Source: Pseudobdellovibrionaceae bacterium
GTDB lineage: Bacteria > Bdellovibrionota > Bdellovibrionia > Bdellovibrionales > Bdellovibrionaceae
NCBI GenBank assembly: GCA_039810425.1
Contig: JBDHWW010000002.1
Location: forward strand, 64,001 to 128,000
Length of the DNA: 64,000 nucleotides
Reading direction: 5' to 3'
Notes under the pieces: model-generated
Databases searched by the model: none
Told to the model about the DNA's origin: nothing
The model's input: the letters and a program-made list of their open reading frames with translations, nothing else
Translations under genes and position numbers: made by a program
Shown: positions 19,870-28,540 of the stretch, in pieces
How the letters are laid out: each line of letters begins with the position of its first letter
Numbering within the stretch: position 1 is the stretch's first letter

Positions 19870-21294
19870 ATGGGCTTTAAAATAATTTCTCCCGCGCAGT
19901 TAGAAATTCAGCTGCGGCGGTTTGAAATTCGTCTATCGCAATACTGTGCCGCCAGATTTAAGTGGCTCACTCCTCTGGCGGCAGCGCTTCTGGTTCTCTT
20001 AGCCTTTTGGACTAAATCCCTGATTGAAGTAGACCCGAAGAGTTTGCAAAACTCCGGCATGTTCTTGTTTACCCACCATGCCCGTTATGTCATGCCTTTT
20101 CTTCTGGCGGGTGCGGGAATCTCTATTTTTTTCCATCGCAAAAATCGGGCGTATTATACGACAGCCGTTACCATGATCGCCTGGGCACTGAATTGCTACA
20201 TGCTTTTCCTGGGTAAAGTGCCCGCGGATGTTTTCATCTGCATTCTTTGTTCCTTTCCAACGAATTGTATCTTTACATACTATTTAGGGGTCCATCGCCG
20301 CGAAGGCAGGCCCCGGGTGAGCCTTTCCATCGGCATGATCGCGTACTTTGCATTGACATGGGTTTACATCAGTACGCGACTCTACTCGCAGGATGAATAT
20401 GGGCAGTTACTACTGTTTTGGAATTTCAAGCTGCAGTACATGATTCTTGTCGCCATTCAGCTGGCTTTCGCGTTTTCTCCCCGGCCGGTGGATCCATTTC
20501 TTGCTTATAATCCGGTGACAGCGGCCCACAGTATACTTTGGCCCGTCACGACTTTGTTGGCCCGGCGAAACCGCCCTGCGATTTCGCGACTCTGGTGGAA
20601 TGGGTTTTGGTGCGTAATTTTGGGATATCTGATTATCTCTCTGCGCATTCAATTGGATAAATCAGACTTGGACGTTTCTAAAAATCTCTTTATTCGATCG
20701 ACCTCACGCTATTTTCTGCTGATTCTATCCGACGTTGGTGTTTTCAATCTCGTGACGGGTGTTGCAAGACTTTACGGCTACCGCGCTCGCGATGCCACGA
20801 GCTTTTCTTGGTTGGCTCGAACTCCAGCGGAATATTGGCGCCGTGGCAGCGTTTACCACTACGACTTCATCAATAGATATCTTTATCGTCGGCTATGGAA
20901 ACGCATCCGGATCCGATTTGTAGTAGCTTTCATTTGTTTCTTTTTCTTCTATGTGATGAAAAATGGGGCCCTGGACGTGGGGGCCATGTTCCTAAATTGG
21001 ATGGGCGCTGATATTCATGGCGCGTTTTATCGTAGCCCCGATACCCGTTACTCGGTGATTTTGTTCCTCCTGCACTTTCTATTGCTGTACACGACTCAGA
21101 GGTATTGGTTTTTTGAATGGTCACACCAAAAGAAAGTTTGGCAATCGTGGGCCTCGGTTCTCGCAACCTATGCCCTGCAAATATCGGCCATTGCTCTAGC
21201 CGTTGTATTGAACACTCATGGCCATCAATGGTTGATGCATCTTTGGAAAATTCTTACTTTATTTGGGTCAGGGGGCGATCTAAAGCTTCTGTAA
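19870..21294 (+). CDS. MBOAT-family (DltB/AlgI-like) polytopic membrane protein, divergent
   Basis: Many TM helices; GVARLYGY...LARTPAEYWRR...RYLY matches the MBOAT GxAxLxG...SxxEFWRRWH...DYLY block. Confidence 0.7.
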   Translation: MGFKIISPAQLEIQLRRFEIRLSQYCAARFKWLTPLAAALLVLLAFWTKSLIEVDPKSLQNSGMFLFTHHARYVMPFLLAGAGISIFFHRKNRAYYTTAVTMIAWALNCYMLFLGKVPADVFICILCSFPTNCIFTYYLGVHRREGRPRVSLSIGMIAYFALTWVYISTRLYSQDEYGQLLLFWNFKLQYMILVAIQLAFAFSPRPVDPFLAYNPVTAAHSILWPVTTLLARRNRPAISRLWWNGFWCVILGYLIISLRIQLDKSDLDVSKNLFIRSTSRYFLLILSDVGVFNLVTGVARLYGYRARDATSFSWLARTPAEYWRRGSVYHYDFINRYLYRRLWKRIRIRFVVAFICFFFFYVMKNGALDVGAMFLNWMGADIHGAFYRSPDTRYSVILFLLHFLLLYTTQRYWFFEWSHQKKVWQSWASVLATYALQISAIALAVVLNTHGHQWLMHLWKILTLFGSGGDLKLL

Positions 21295-22066
21295 CTTTCT
21301 TCACTTTAGACATCATGCTTTTGAAATCATCAAAAGTCAGCGCTTGAGGTCCATCTGATAGCGCTTCCGCAGGACAAGGATGTACTTCCACGATAACGCC
21401 GTCAGCACCCGACGCCGCCGATGCAATTGCAAGATCTGGAACTAGGGCGCGGATCCCCACCGCATGTGACGGGTCGACAATGACTGGAAATGACGTATTC
21501 TTCTTTACGTAAACGACCGCATTTAAATCTAGAGTGTTACGAGTCGCCGTTTCAAATGTTCGAATTCCGCGCTCACAAAGAATGACGTTTTCGTTACCAC
21601 CGTTTGTGATGTACTCCGCTGCTTTAATCCACTCATCGATCAGGGCGGCGAACCCACGCTTCAAAAGGACCGGTTTGTTCTGCCTGCCCAGTTCTTTTAA
21701 GAGCGAGTAATTAAACATGTTCCGCGCACCCACTTGAAACATGTCGACGAAATCATGGACCTCTTCGACTTGCTCCGCGTCGGTAATTTCCGAAACGAGA
21801 CCCATGTTCGTTTCTTTTAAAACTTCTCGAACAAAATCAAACGAGCTTTCTCCCAAACCTTGAAAGGTCTTCGAAGACGTGCGCATCTTCCAAATCCCCC
21901 CGCGAAGTAAGCAGGCCCCATTGGATTTCACTGTCTGGGCTGTATCTAGAAACTGTTTTTTACTCTCGATGGAACAAGGGCCCGCAATGACTGAAAAGCT
22001 TTCGCCGCCGACTTCTACATTTCCGTAAGCAGTTCTAATTTTCACAACGCGGGTGAAGGGATTCAT
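21254..22066 (-). CDS. aroF: DAHP synthase, type I-beta, without N-terminal regulatory domain
   Basis: IAGPCSIES, LRGGxxKxRTS, QVGARNM, LCERGIRTFE and DPSHA motifs; 270 aa. Confidence 0.92.
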   Translation of the reverse strand: MNPFTRVVKIRTAYGNVEVGGESFSVIAGPCSIESKKQFLDTAQTVKSNGACLLRGGIWKMRTSSKTFQGLGESSFDFVREVLKETNMGLVSEITDAEQVEEVHDFVDMFQVGARNMFNYSLLKELGRQNKPVLLKRGFAALIDEWIKAAEYITNGGNENVILCERGIRTFETATRNTLDLNAVVYVKKNTSFPVIVDPSHAVGIRALVPDLAIASAASGADGVIVEVHPCPAEALSDGPQALTFDDFKSMMSKVKKVTEALDRPLTQIK

Positions 22067-22246
22067 ATAATAAGTATCGGTAAATATTAAACTTACCTCA
22101 AGCGCTCTCTCGCTGAAATGAACAGAGTTAACATCGCCGGCTACTTTTAAAATGTGAAGCCCGCACTAGGTCTAGCACCCAATCACTTTTTGCGCTGGTT
22201 TTTCGTACCGAGGAGTATAATAATTACTAAACAGTGAGAGGGAATC

Positions 22247-22543
22247 ATGAGCAAAAACGATACAGCACTGGCCATCTATGAGCTGAGAAATCAGATCGAC
22301 CTGATAGACAATCAAATTGCTGAAGCCCTGAATAAGCGCGCTGCCATCGTCGAAGAAGTTTGGACACTGAAACAGCAAAGCCAGCTCCCTTTTATTGATC
22401 AAGGCAGGGAAAACGCCATCTTCGCCCGGGTTCGCTCGATCGCAAAAGAGCCTCTGACGGCGGACTCCATGCAAAACATCTTTCAATGCATTCTCCACGA
22501 AGTCCGACCAAGAATTAAGAGTGCAAAAGCCAAATCAGGATAA
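22247..22543 (+). CDS. Chorismate mutase type II (AroQ), monofunctional
   Basis: LRNQIDLIDNQI..LNKR...K...D.GRE pattern; 98 aa. Confidence 0.9.
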   Translation: MSKNDTALAIYELRNQIDLIDNQIAEALNKRAAIVEEVWTLKQQSQLPFIDQGRENAIFARVRSIAKEPLTADSMQNIFQCILHEVRPRIKSAKAKSG

Positions 22544-22546
22544 AAA

Positions 22547-24019
22547 GTGGTCGCTAAAAACGTAAAGAAAAAAACACCCTTTGAAGTCGAGCCTGGCTTC
22601 TACCTAGAAGACAACCGCAACCAACGGGCTGTCGTCCCCGTCACCAAAGAAACTCTTGAAACCAAACACGCAGCCATTATGCCTGAATGGGTGGTCGAAG
22701 GAAAAAGCGTACTCGATTTGGGCTGCTGCCTGGCGGCTACGGGACATTGGTGTCTTTCTTATGGCGCAAAAAAGTACACTGGCGTGGAACTCCAGCCCGT
22801 CTATGCCAAAAAAGCCAAAGAGCTTCTTGGCAAGCATTGGTCTAAGGATCAGTTTAAAATTGTCCAATCGGAAATTTCTGATTTTCTCGATGAAGTCAAA
22901 AAAGATGAATACGATATCGTGATGATGGCTGGCGTGCTTTATGTCTTCCTCGACTACTTCTCAGTTCTGGAGAAAATGGCCTATGCTTCGAAGGAATGGG
23001 TTCTGCTGGAATCCATCATGCCACAAAAAAATTTAGATCCAGAAACTCCATATGTCGAATTCGTGAACAAGCAAACCATCACCTTACCGAACGGGCAAGA
23101 ACGCGCACGCGGTATTGGCAGTCGTGTGAGTCCCGGCGGCTTAAAGATGGTTATGGAGCACTTTGGTTTCACAAGCCAAGAGGGTATTATTACCCCGGCT
23201 GCGGTTAAAGACACTCACGATGCTTTCAACGAAGTAATTCCGGGTTGGAAATCTCCGGTGCGTTTTATGATGCGCTTTCAAAAAAGTGGCGCAAAAGTCG
23301 CGGATTTATCCACCGAGCTCAAAACGGGTAGATTCAAACAGCCTAAAGCCGGCTTCGACTCCTACAAGCCCGGAACGAAATTGAAAGCCGGCTCTTGGCA
23401 GTTTAACGACATAGTCGCCGATGAGTTTGAAAATATCGCACTGACTTCGATTCCCCGCTACAAAGAAGTCATCGGCATGTGTGTCGAACTCGCCGCCAAA
23501 GCATATCCGGATAAAAAGTGCCGTGTTCTGGATGTGGGTTCTGCCATTGGCAAAACCATGGACGAATTCCATAGCAACGGATTCAAAGACGTTTGGGGCG
23601 TTGAAAAGTCCGAGGCCATGATCAAGGGGTCTAAATACCGTGATCATGTTATTCACTCCGACACTTTCCCGCCTGGCCAAAAGCCCTTCCACATAGTGTG
23701 CGCGAACTGGACACTTCATTTCGTGAAAGAGCGCCGGGCTTATTTGAAAGATATCTACAATGGCCTGGAGAAAGATGGCTTTTTAATTTTGTCTGATAAA
23801 ACTCAGGGAAATCCATTTCTTCTTGAGCTGTATCATGATTTTAAGCGCCGAAATGGCCTGACAGAGCAGCAGATTGCAGACAAAGCGGAATCTATCAAAG
23901 GGGTTCTGGAACCTTATCCTTTGACTTGGTATTTGGTCGAATTGAAAAACATCGGTTTTAACGAGGTTCACGTGATCAATGCCTACTATCACTTCACAAC
24001 CTTTTTGGCGCGCAAGTAG
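22547..24019 (+). CDS. Fusion of a CmoB-like (carboxy)methyltransferase and a CmoA-like carboxy-SAM synthase domain
   Basis: N-half VLDLGC, GVLY, VLLES and PVR resemble CmoB. C-half WQFNDIVADEF..SIPRY, NWTLHF and HDFKRRNG resemble CmoA ([30 protein letters not shown]). Confidence 0.75.
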   Translation: MVAKNVKKKTPFEVEPGFYLEDNRNQRAVVPVTKETLETKHAAIMPEWVVEGKSVLDLGCCLAATGHWCLSYGAKKYTGVELQPVYAKKAKELLGKHWSKDQFKIVQSEISDFLDEVKKDEYDIVMMAGVLYVFLDYFSVLEKMAYASKEWVLLESIMPQKNLDPETPYVEFVNKQTITLPNGQERARGIGSRVSPGGLKMVMEHFGFTSQEGIITPAAVKDTHDAFNEVIPGWKSPVRFMMRFQKSGAKVADLSTELKTGRFKQPKAGFDSYKPGTKLKAGSWQFNDIVADEFENIALTSIPRYKEVIGMCVELAAKAYPDKKCRVLDVGSAIGKTMDEFHSNGFKDVWGVEKSEAMIKGSKYRDHVIHSDTFPPGQKPFHIVCANWTLHFVKERRAYLKDIYNGLEKDGFLILSDKTQGNPFLLELYHDFKRRNGLTEQQIADKAESIKGVLEPYPLTWYLVELKNIGFNEVHVINAYYHFTTFLARK

Positions 24020-24039
24020 TTTTATATTGATCGCTAAAT

Positions 24040-24762
24040 TTGTTTTTGAGACAGTTTATATCTATGGAAGCAGCTAAAGTAAGAGCCTCACGCAGAAGTA
24101 TTTGTATTTTGTGGCATTTGAAATCGAAAAGAATTCTCTGCGTGACTCGCTATACTAGTACCGCCCAAGCACTGATGTCTTCCGGAATGGAGATGGGTTT
24201 TAATATTGTGTCTAGGGCCAAACCCATCCTCCACTCCGAAGACCGTGTCGAGCGTTTAAGACGTATCCCGCCGGAAGAACTCCCGAACTATCTTTTCCAT
24301 CGCCAGTCCGGGACCATCGTAAAAATTGAGAATCCAAAGCCCCTCACAGAAAAACAGAAAAATGCCTGCATTCTGCTCGCCGGCCGCGCTCGTTATCTTC
24401 GACGGGTCACTCGGGTGGTGAGTCAGGCTCGTAAACGCGTGGCGCCTTCTGAGCTCTATGGAGCCTTCGTTGACCAGATTCGCCGCGAACAAGCGTTGAA
24501 GTTCCGTGCATCCGGGTATGACGAGGCTTTGATTCAAGAATGCCTTTTCGTATTTCAGTATGCCCAAGTGAAGAAGATCACGGCACGAGCGGCGGCTGAT
24601 GAGATCATCTTCCGCTTTAGCTTGTTTGAAGCTGACCTGTGGAAAACAGAAGAAGTGAAGTTGAAATATTACGACCTCTTTGCCAATGCCGCAAATTTAG
24701 AAGACCTTCATGATATTTTTCAAGATTTTATCAGGGAGTACTATTTAAATGCCCGTGTCTAA
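24040..24762 (+). CDS. Hypothetical protein (partner X1; paralog of 26898-27470)
   Basis: ORF in operon, overlapping the next gene; start is TTG24040 or ATG24064. Confidence 0.6.
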   Translation: MFLRQFISMEAAKVRASRRSICILWHLKSKRILCVTRYTSTAQALMSSGMEMGFNIVSRAKPILHSEDRVERLRRIPPEELPNYLFHRQSGTIVKIENPKPLTEKQKNACILLAGRARYLRRVTRVVSQARKRVAPSELYGAFVDQIRREQALKFRASGYDEALIQECLFVFQYAQVKKITARAAADEIIFRFSLFEADLWKTEEVKLKYYDLFANAANLEDLHDIFQDFIREYYLNARV

Positions 24763-25864
24763 AAATATTTATATTTATAATCCCATGCTCATTACGAAGA
24801 AAAAGCTGCAGGATCTGCCGGGAATCCGGGCTTTTCGGCATGTGTTACATCTTTTCAATGAAAATGTTGTTTTGGTCGATCGCACCAATACCATTCAGGT
24901 GCCTGTGAATGTCACGGTTCACGCTCCAATTCCGGAGTTTCGTATGATTGACAAGTCTTACGAACAAATTTGTGATGAGCGTGCCCAGGAACTGCTTCAC
25001 CGGTCGGATGAACATGATTTACCGATCAATGTGTTCTATTCGGGCGGCATTGATTCCACTCTCGTTCTGGTTTCTCTCTTAAAAAATGCGACGGAAGCGC
25101 AGAAAAATCGCATCTGTGCTTTTATGTCCCAAGAATCTATCAACGAAAATCCCGCTTTCTACCGCGATCACCTCCGCGGCAAAGTCAAACTCGAGGCGGC
25201 CGCAATTTATCCCTACGCGCTGTCTAAGCGAGCCCTATTTGTCGGTGGTGAGCACAATGATCAAATCTTTGGGTCGGCATTATTTAAAGACTTCCTAGAC
25301 CTCCATGGTGAAGATGCCCTCGCGAAGAAATACAGCCGTAGTCAAATGGGGCAAATGTTTGGTCGAAAATGGCACAATGATGTCGTGATCTCTTGGTATA
25401 TGGACCTCTTTGAAAAAGTGCGTGCGGCGGCTCCTTGTCCGGTGGATTCCAATGCGGATTTCCTATGGTGGATTAATTTTTCTTTAAAGTGGCAGTCCGT
25501 TTATTTCCGAATGCTAACTTATGCTTCGGACTTTGTGATTCACAACATTGATCGAGATTTCATTGATAATAACTTCTTTCATTTCTATGGTACTGATGCT
25601 TTCCAGCTCTGGTCCATGGGGAATCCGGATAAGCGTGTCGTGACGAAATGGGAGTCTTACAAGCAAGAAGCAAAAGATGTGATTTATCGCTTTAATAAAG
25701 ATTCAGAGTATCGCGACTATAAAACAAAAAATGGCTCACTCGCATGGGTGATTATGCATCAGATCCAAAAGAACTTTATTGATGATCAAATGCATATGTA
25801 CATGACTTTGCCGCGTAAGGATTGGTTCAATCCCAATAATAGCTTTAGGGACGCTCCATTTTAG
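24749..25864 (+). CDS. AsnB-synthetase-like PP-loop ATP pyrophosphatase lacking the glutaminase domain (copy 1)
   Basis: YSGGIDST PP-loop, GGEHNDQIFG, WWINFSLKWQ. Confidence 0.75.
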   Translation: MPVSKNIYIYNPMLITKKKLQDLPGIRAFRHVLHLFNENVVLVDRTNTIQVPVNVTVHAPIPEFRMIDKSYEQICDERAQELLHRSDEHDLPINVFYSGGIDSTLVLVSLLKNATEAQKNRICAFMSQESINENPAFYRDHLRGKVKLEAAAIYPYALSKRALFVGGEHNDQIFGSALFKDFLDLHGEDALAKKYSRSQMGQMFGRKWHNDVVISWYMDLFEKVRAAAPCPVDSNADFLWWINFSLKWQSVYFRMLTYASDFVIHNIDRDFIDNNFFHFYGTDAFQLWSMGNPDKRVVTKWESYKQEAKDVIYRFNKDSEYRDYKTKNGSLAWVIMHQIQKNFIDDQMHMYMTLPRKDWFNPNNSFRDAPF

Positions 25865-25867
25865 AAT

Positions 25868-26908
25868 ATGGAAAAACTCCTAAATCTGAGCTTTAAATCT
25901 AGCCAAAGCCTTAAGAAGGTTATCTTTCAGGAAGATCTTTTATTTGATCCCTTCGATAAGGCTGTTAGCCGTCTCAACTACAAGCCGGATCTTTTCAACT
26001 ACGATCTTCAATCGGAAACAGTTATTAGCATTCAAAAGCTCCACAAAGCAAAGACATGGGAAGAGTGCTGTGCGGAAAGGGCGTTAAGCTTACTGAAACT
26101 CGAATATGAAAATTATTGGTTTGCCTACAGTGGTGGCATCGATAGCACGGCGATGCTCACTTCGATCCTGAAGTTTTGGCCCGTCAAAGACCTAGCTCGT
26201 GTTTCCGTTGTGCTCACCCATCACTCTGTCGAGGAGAATCCATTTTTTTTTGATAAGTATATCGTGAAGTTTAATCTTATTAACACTCTTCGCCCGCTCT
26301 CAAAAATGTTGTTGAAGGAACGCACGCTCTTGGTGACCGGTGAACTTGGCGATCAACTTTTTGGCTCCGATATACTAGGGGCTGGTAGCCGCCATTATGG
26401 CGATGAGGTCCTTTTTAAAAACTATAAAGACGTGGCTCCAAAGATTATTGAAGCTTACCTTGGCACAAAAGGGCCTGGAAAAAGTATTTTTGAGCACTTT
26501 TATCCGATTGTTGAAGAAGCTCCTTTCCCGATTAAGACAGCCTATGACTTTTTTTGGTGGTTGAACTTCTCGCAAAAATGGCAACACGTGAAATTTCGTT
26601 TTACCGAAAGCAAAAGTTGGCATTTGGCGGCCAAATATGGCAGTCATATCCAGCACTTCTACGACAGCCCGGACTTCCAAAGCTGGAGCTTACAGAATCA
26701 TGATTTAAAAGTTCGCAGTACTTGGCAGTCTTACAAGTTCACTGCAAAGGACTACATTGCGGATTTTACCAAGGATCCAGGGCAGCTGGATCTGATGAAG
26801 ATTCAAAGCCTGGAAAAAACCTATGTCCTCGATGAAAAACGTATTGGCGTAGACTCGAACTACAAACCGATCCGAGCCTTTGAGGAGCTCAGGCACTATG
26901 CCAGATAG
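25868..26908 (+). CDS. AsnB-synthetase-like PP-loop ATP pyrophosphatase lacking the glutaminase domain (copy 2)
   Basis: YSGGIDST, TGELGDQLFG, WWLNFSQKWQ; clear paralog of the previous gene. Confidence 0.75.
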   Translation: MEKLLNLSFKSSQSLKKVIFQEDLLFDPFDKAVSRLNYKPDLFNYDLQSETVISIQKLHKAKTWEECCAERALSLLKLEYENYWFAYSGGIDSTAMLTSILKFWPVKDLARVSVVLTHHSVEENPFFFDKYIVKFNLINTLRPLSKMLLKERTLLVTGELGDQLFGSDILGAGSRHYGDEVLFKNYKDVAPKIIEAYLGTKGPGKSIFEHFYPIVEEAPFPIKTAYDFFWWLNFSQKWQHVKFRFTESKSWHLAAKYGSHIQHFYDSPDFQSWSLQNHDLKVRSTWQSYKFTAKDYIADFTKDPGQLDLMKIQSLEKTYVLDEKRIGVDSNYKPIRAFEELRHYAR

Positions 26909-27470
26909 AGTAAAGCTCTTCATTTATACCGACGCTAAAACTCACCGTGTACTTTTAACAAAGCGAAGTACGAGGTTCAATTTTCTGGTAACTGTTCAAG
27001 GTGTTCATGTGCACATTCTCAGTTCGCGCCTTGAACTTCCGGAAATCAAGCCTATGGCTCAAACTTACACACCTAAAGTGGGACTGAAGAAGGCTGGATC
27101 AAAACTTGGCAAGCCGGCGCAAGAGCGCCTGGGCATTTTGCGTCGAAAGGTCGAGATCGTCATTCTGGTGCTGACGAGCCTCTATATTATGCGCGATGAG
27201 ATGAAGGCCACCTTCGCAAAGCGTGTTCTTGAAAACACCCCGATAAGTTCAGATAACTTCAAAAAATACTGGCTTTTTTCCGCCGAAGAAAAGAATCTCC
27301 TATCTGTGCGTCTTCAAAAATTCGAGAAAAAGTTCACTATGGCGGTCAATGCCGCAGAAACCCTGGATCAAGTGGATGCTCTTTACGAGCATCTGCATTT
27401 TAATGTGAATCTTGGGGTCTACTCAGTGATGAATAGAGAGAGAAAGGGGCTCCATGGCACAAAAAGTTAG
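26898..27470 (+). CDS. Hypothetical protein (partner X2; paralog of X1)
   Basis: GAGGAG RBS before ATG26898; overlaps both neighbours. Confidence 0.6.
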   Translation: MPDRVKLFIYTDAKTHRVLLTKRSTRFNFLVTVQGVHVHILSSRLELPEIKPMAQTYTPKVGLKKAGSKLGKPAQERLGILRRKVEIVILVLTSLYIMRDEMKATFAKRVLENTPISSDNFKKYWLFSAEEKNLLSVRLQKFEKKFTMAVNAAETLDQVDALYEHLHFNVNLGVYSVMNRERKGLHGTKS

Positions 27471-27798
27471 TATTGATATCTTAAAGAAGGCCCTTCTGGA
27501 GGTTAATCCTCGTGTGCGTAAGATAAACTTCACGGCACAAACAGATCTCTTTGAAGAGGGAATTCTGGATTCATACTCCGTGATTCAGCTTGTGAATACT
27601 TTTGAAAAGCGCTTTGGTATTGTCTTTGATTATGCCGATTTGAAGGCGGCGTATTTTAGGAACCTCATAAGTCTTATCGGTATCCTCACGATGAAGTATA
27701 AGCTCAAGGAGGGCAAGAATCCTCCGCCAAATAAGAAGAAAAAGAAAAGAAAGGCCAAAAAAGCCGGGGTCGTCAAAAAGGCTAAAAAGAAGAATTAA
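27454..27798 (+). CDS. Acyl/aminoacyl carrier protein (DltC-like) with Lys-rich tail
   Basis: DLFEEGILDS phosphopantetheine motif followed by IQLV..FEKRFGI. Confidence 0.85.
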   Translation: MAQKVSIDILKKALLEVNPRVRKINFTAQTDLFEEGILDSYSVIQLVNTFEKRFGIVFDYADLKAAYFRNLISLIGILTMKYKLKEGKNPPPNKKKKKRKAKKAGVVKKAKKKN

Positions 27799-28451
27799 AA
27801 CTTCGTAAATGTTCGATTTAACATCGGATGAGAATCATCTGTCGGCCCGGTATCCGAATCCGGATGAAAGGCGATAATTTTCAATTTTTCGCCGAAAGAA
27901 TTGAATGAGTGAACTAAACCCTCCGGTAAATAGAAGGCCATGCCCGGTTTCAAAGGGAGTTTCTGATTCGGCATCACACACTCCCCTTCACCTTCAAACA
28001 CGACACCAAGACGAACCGTCGGATGAATATGCGGCGTTTGAACCACTTTGGGCGGAAATACTAAAAGGTTGAAAACGGGATCCCCCATACGGGGCGGCGG
28101 AATGATAATTGTTGTGTTGGAATTATCGATGTAACAGAGACGACCACTGTCTTCTACGGGGCCACCTACATGGAGAAGCCCCCGGTATCCGACGCGTTCG
28201 ATGACGATGATTTCGCCATCCCCTTTGATATGAAACGGGCCGGGCGCAGAGAAGTACATGCCACCCTGAAGTGTGACATAGTGTTGCCCCTGGCGCTGCA
28301 ATTCATATTTGCCATTGAGAACGAATCCAAAGTAAGTACTTGTCGGGAGCGCAAAACTCTCATCACAGCGTCCGAAGCCTTTTAAGACACTCGGATACAT
28401 CGTGGCAGACGCATCTAAAACACATCCTTCTTTAACCTGCTTATAAATCAT
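27795..28451 (-). CDS. Cupin-domain protein
   Basis: QTPHIHP...G.VFEGEG...LKPG...LPEGLVHSF metal-binding cupin motifs. Confidence 0.8.
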   Translation of the reverse strand: MIYKQVKEGCVLDASATMYPSVLKGFGRCDESFALPTSTYFGFVLNGKYELQRQGQHYVTLQGGMYFSAPGPFHIKGDGEIIVIERVGYRGLLHVGGPVEDSGRLCYIDNSNTTIIIPPPRMGDPVFNLLVFPPKVVQTPHIHPTVRLGVVFEGEGECVMPNQKLPLKPGMAFYLPEGLVHSFNSFGEKLKIIAFHPDSDTGPTDDSHPMLNRTFTKF

Positions 28452-28540
28452 AGTTGCTCCCCCACTCCTCTACTTTAAAGACTATCTCCCTATTTCCATT
28501 CGCTGTCATGGTCCAATGCATATGGATCCAGACCTAAGTT

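Noticed and set aside
24749..26908. Lasso peptide cluster (lasso cyclases are AsnB-like)
   Set aside because: No transglutaminase-like B protein, no RRE/PqqD and no short precursor ORF found in the nearby intergenic gaps.
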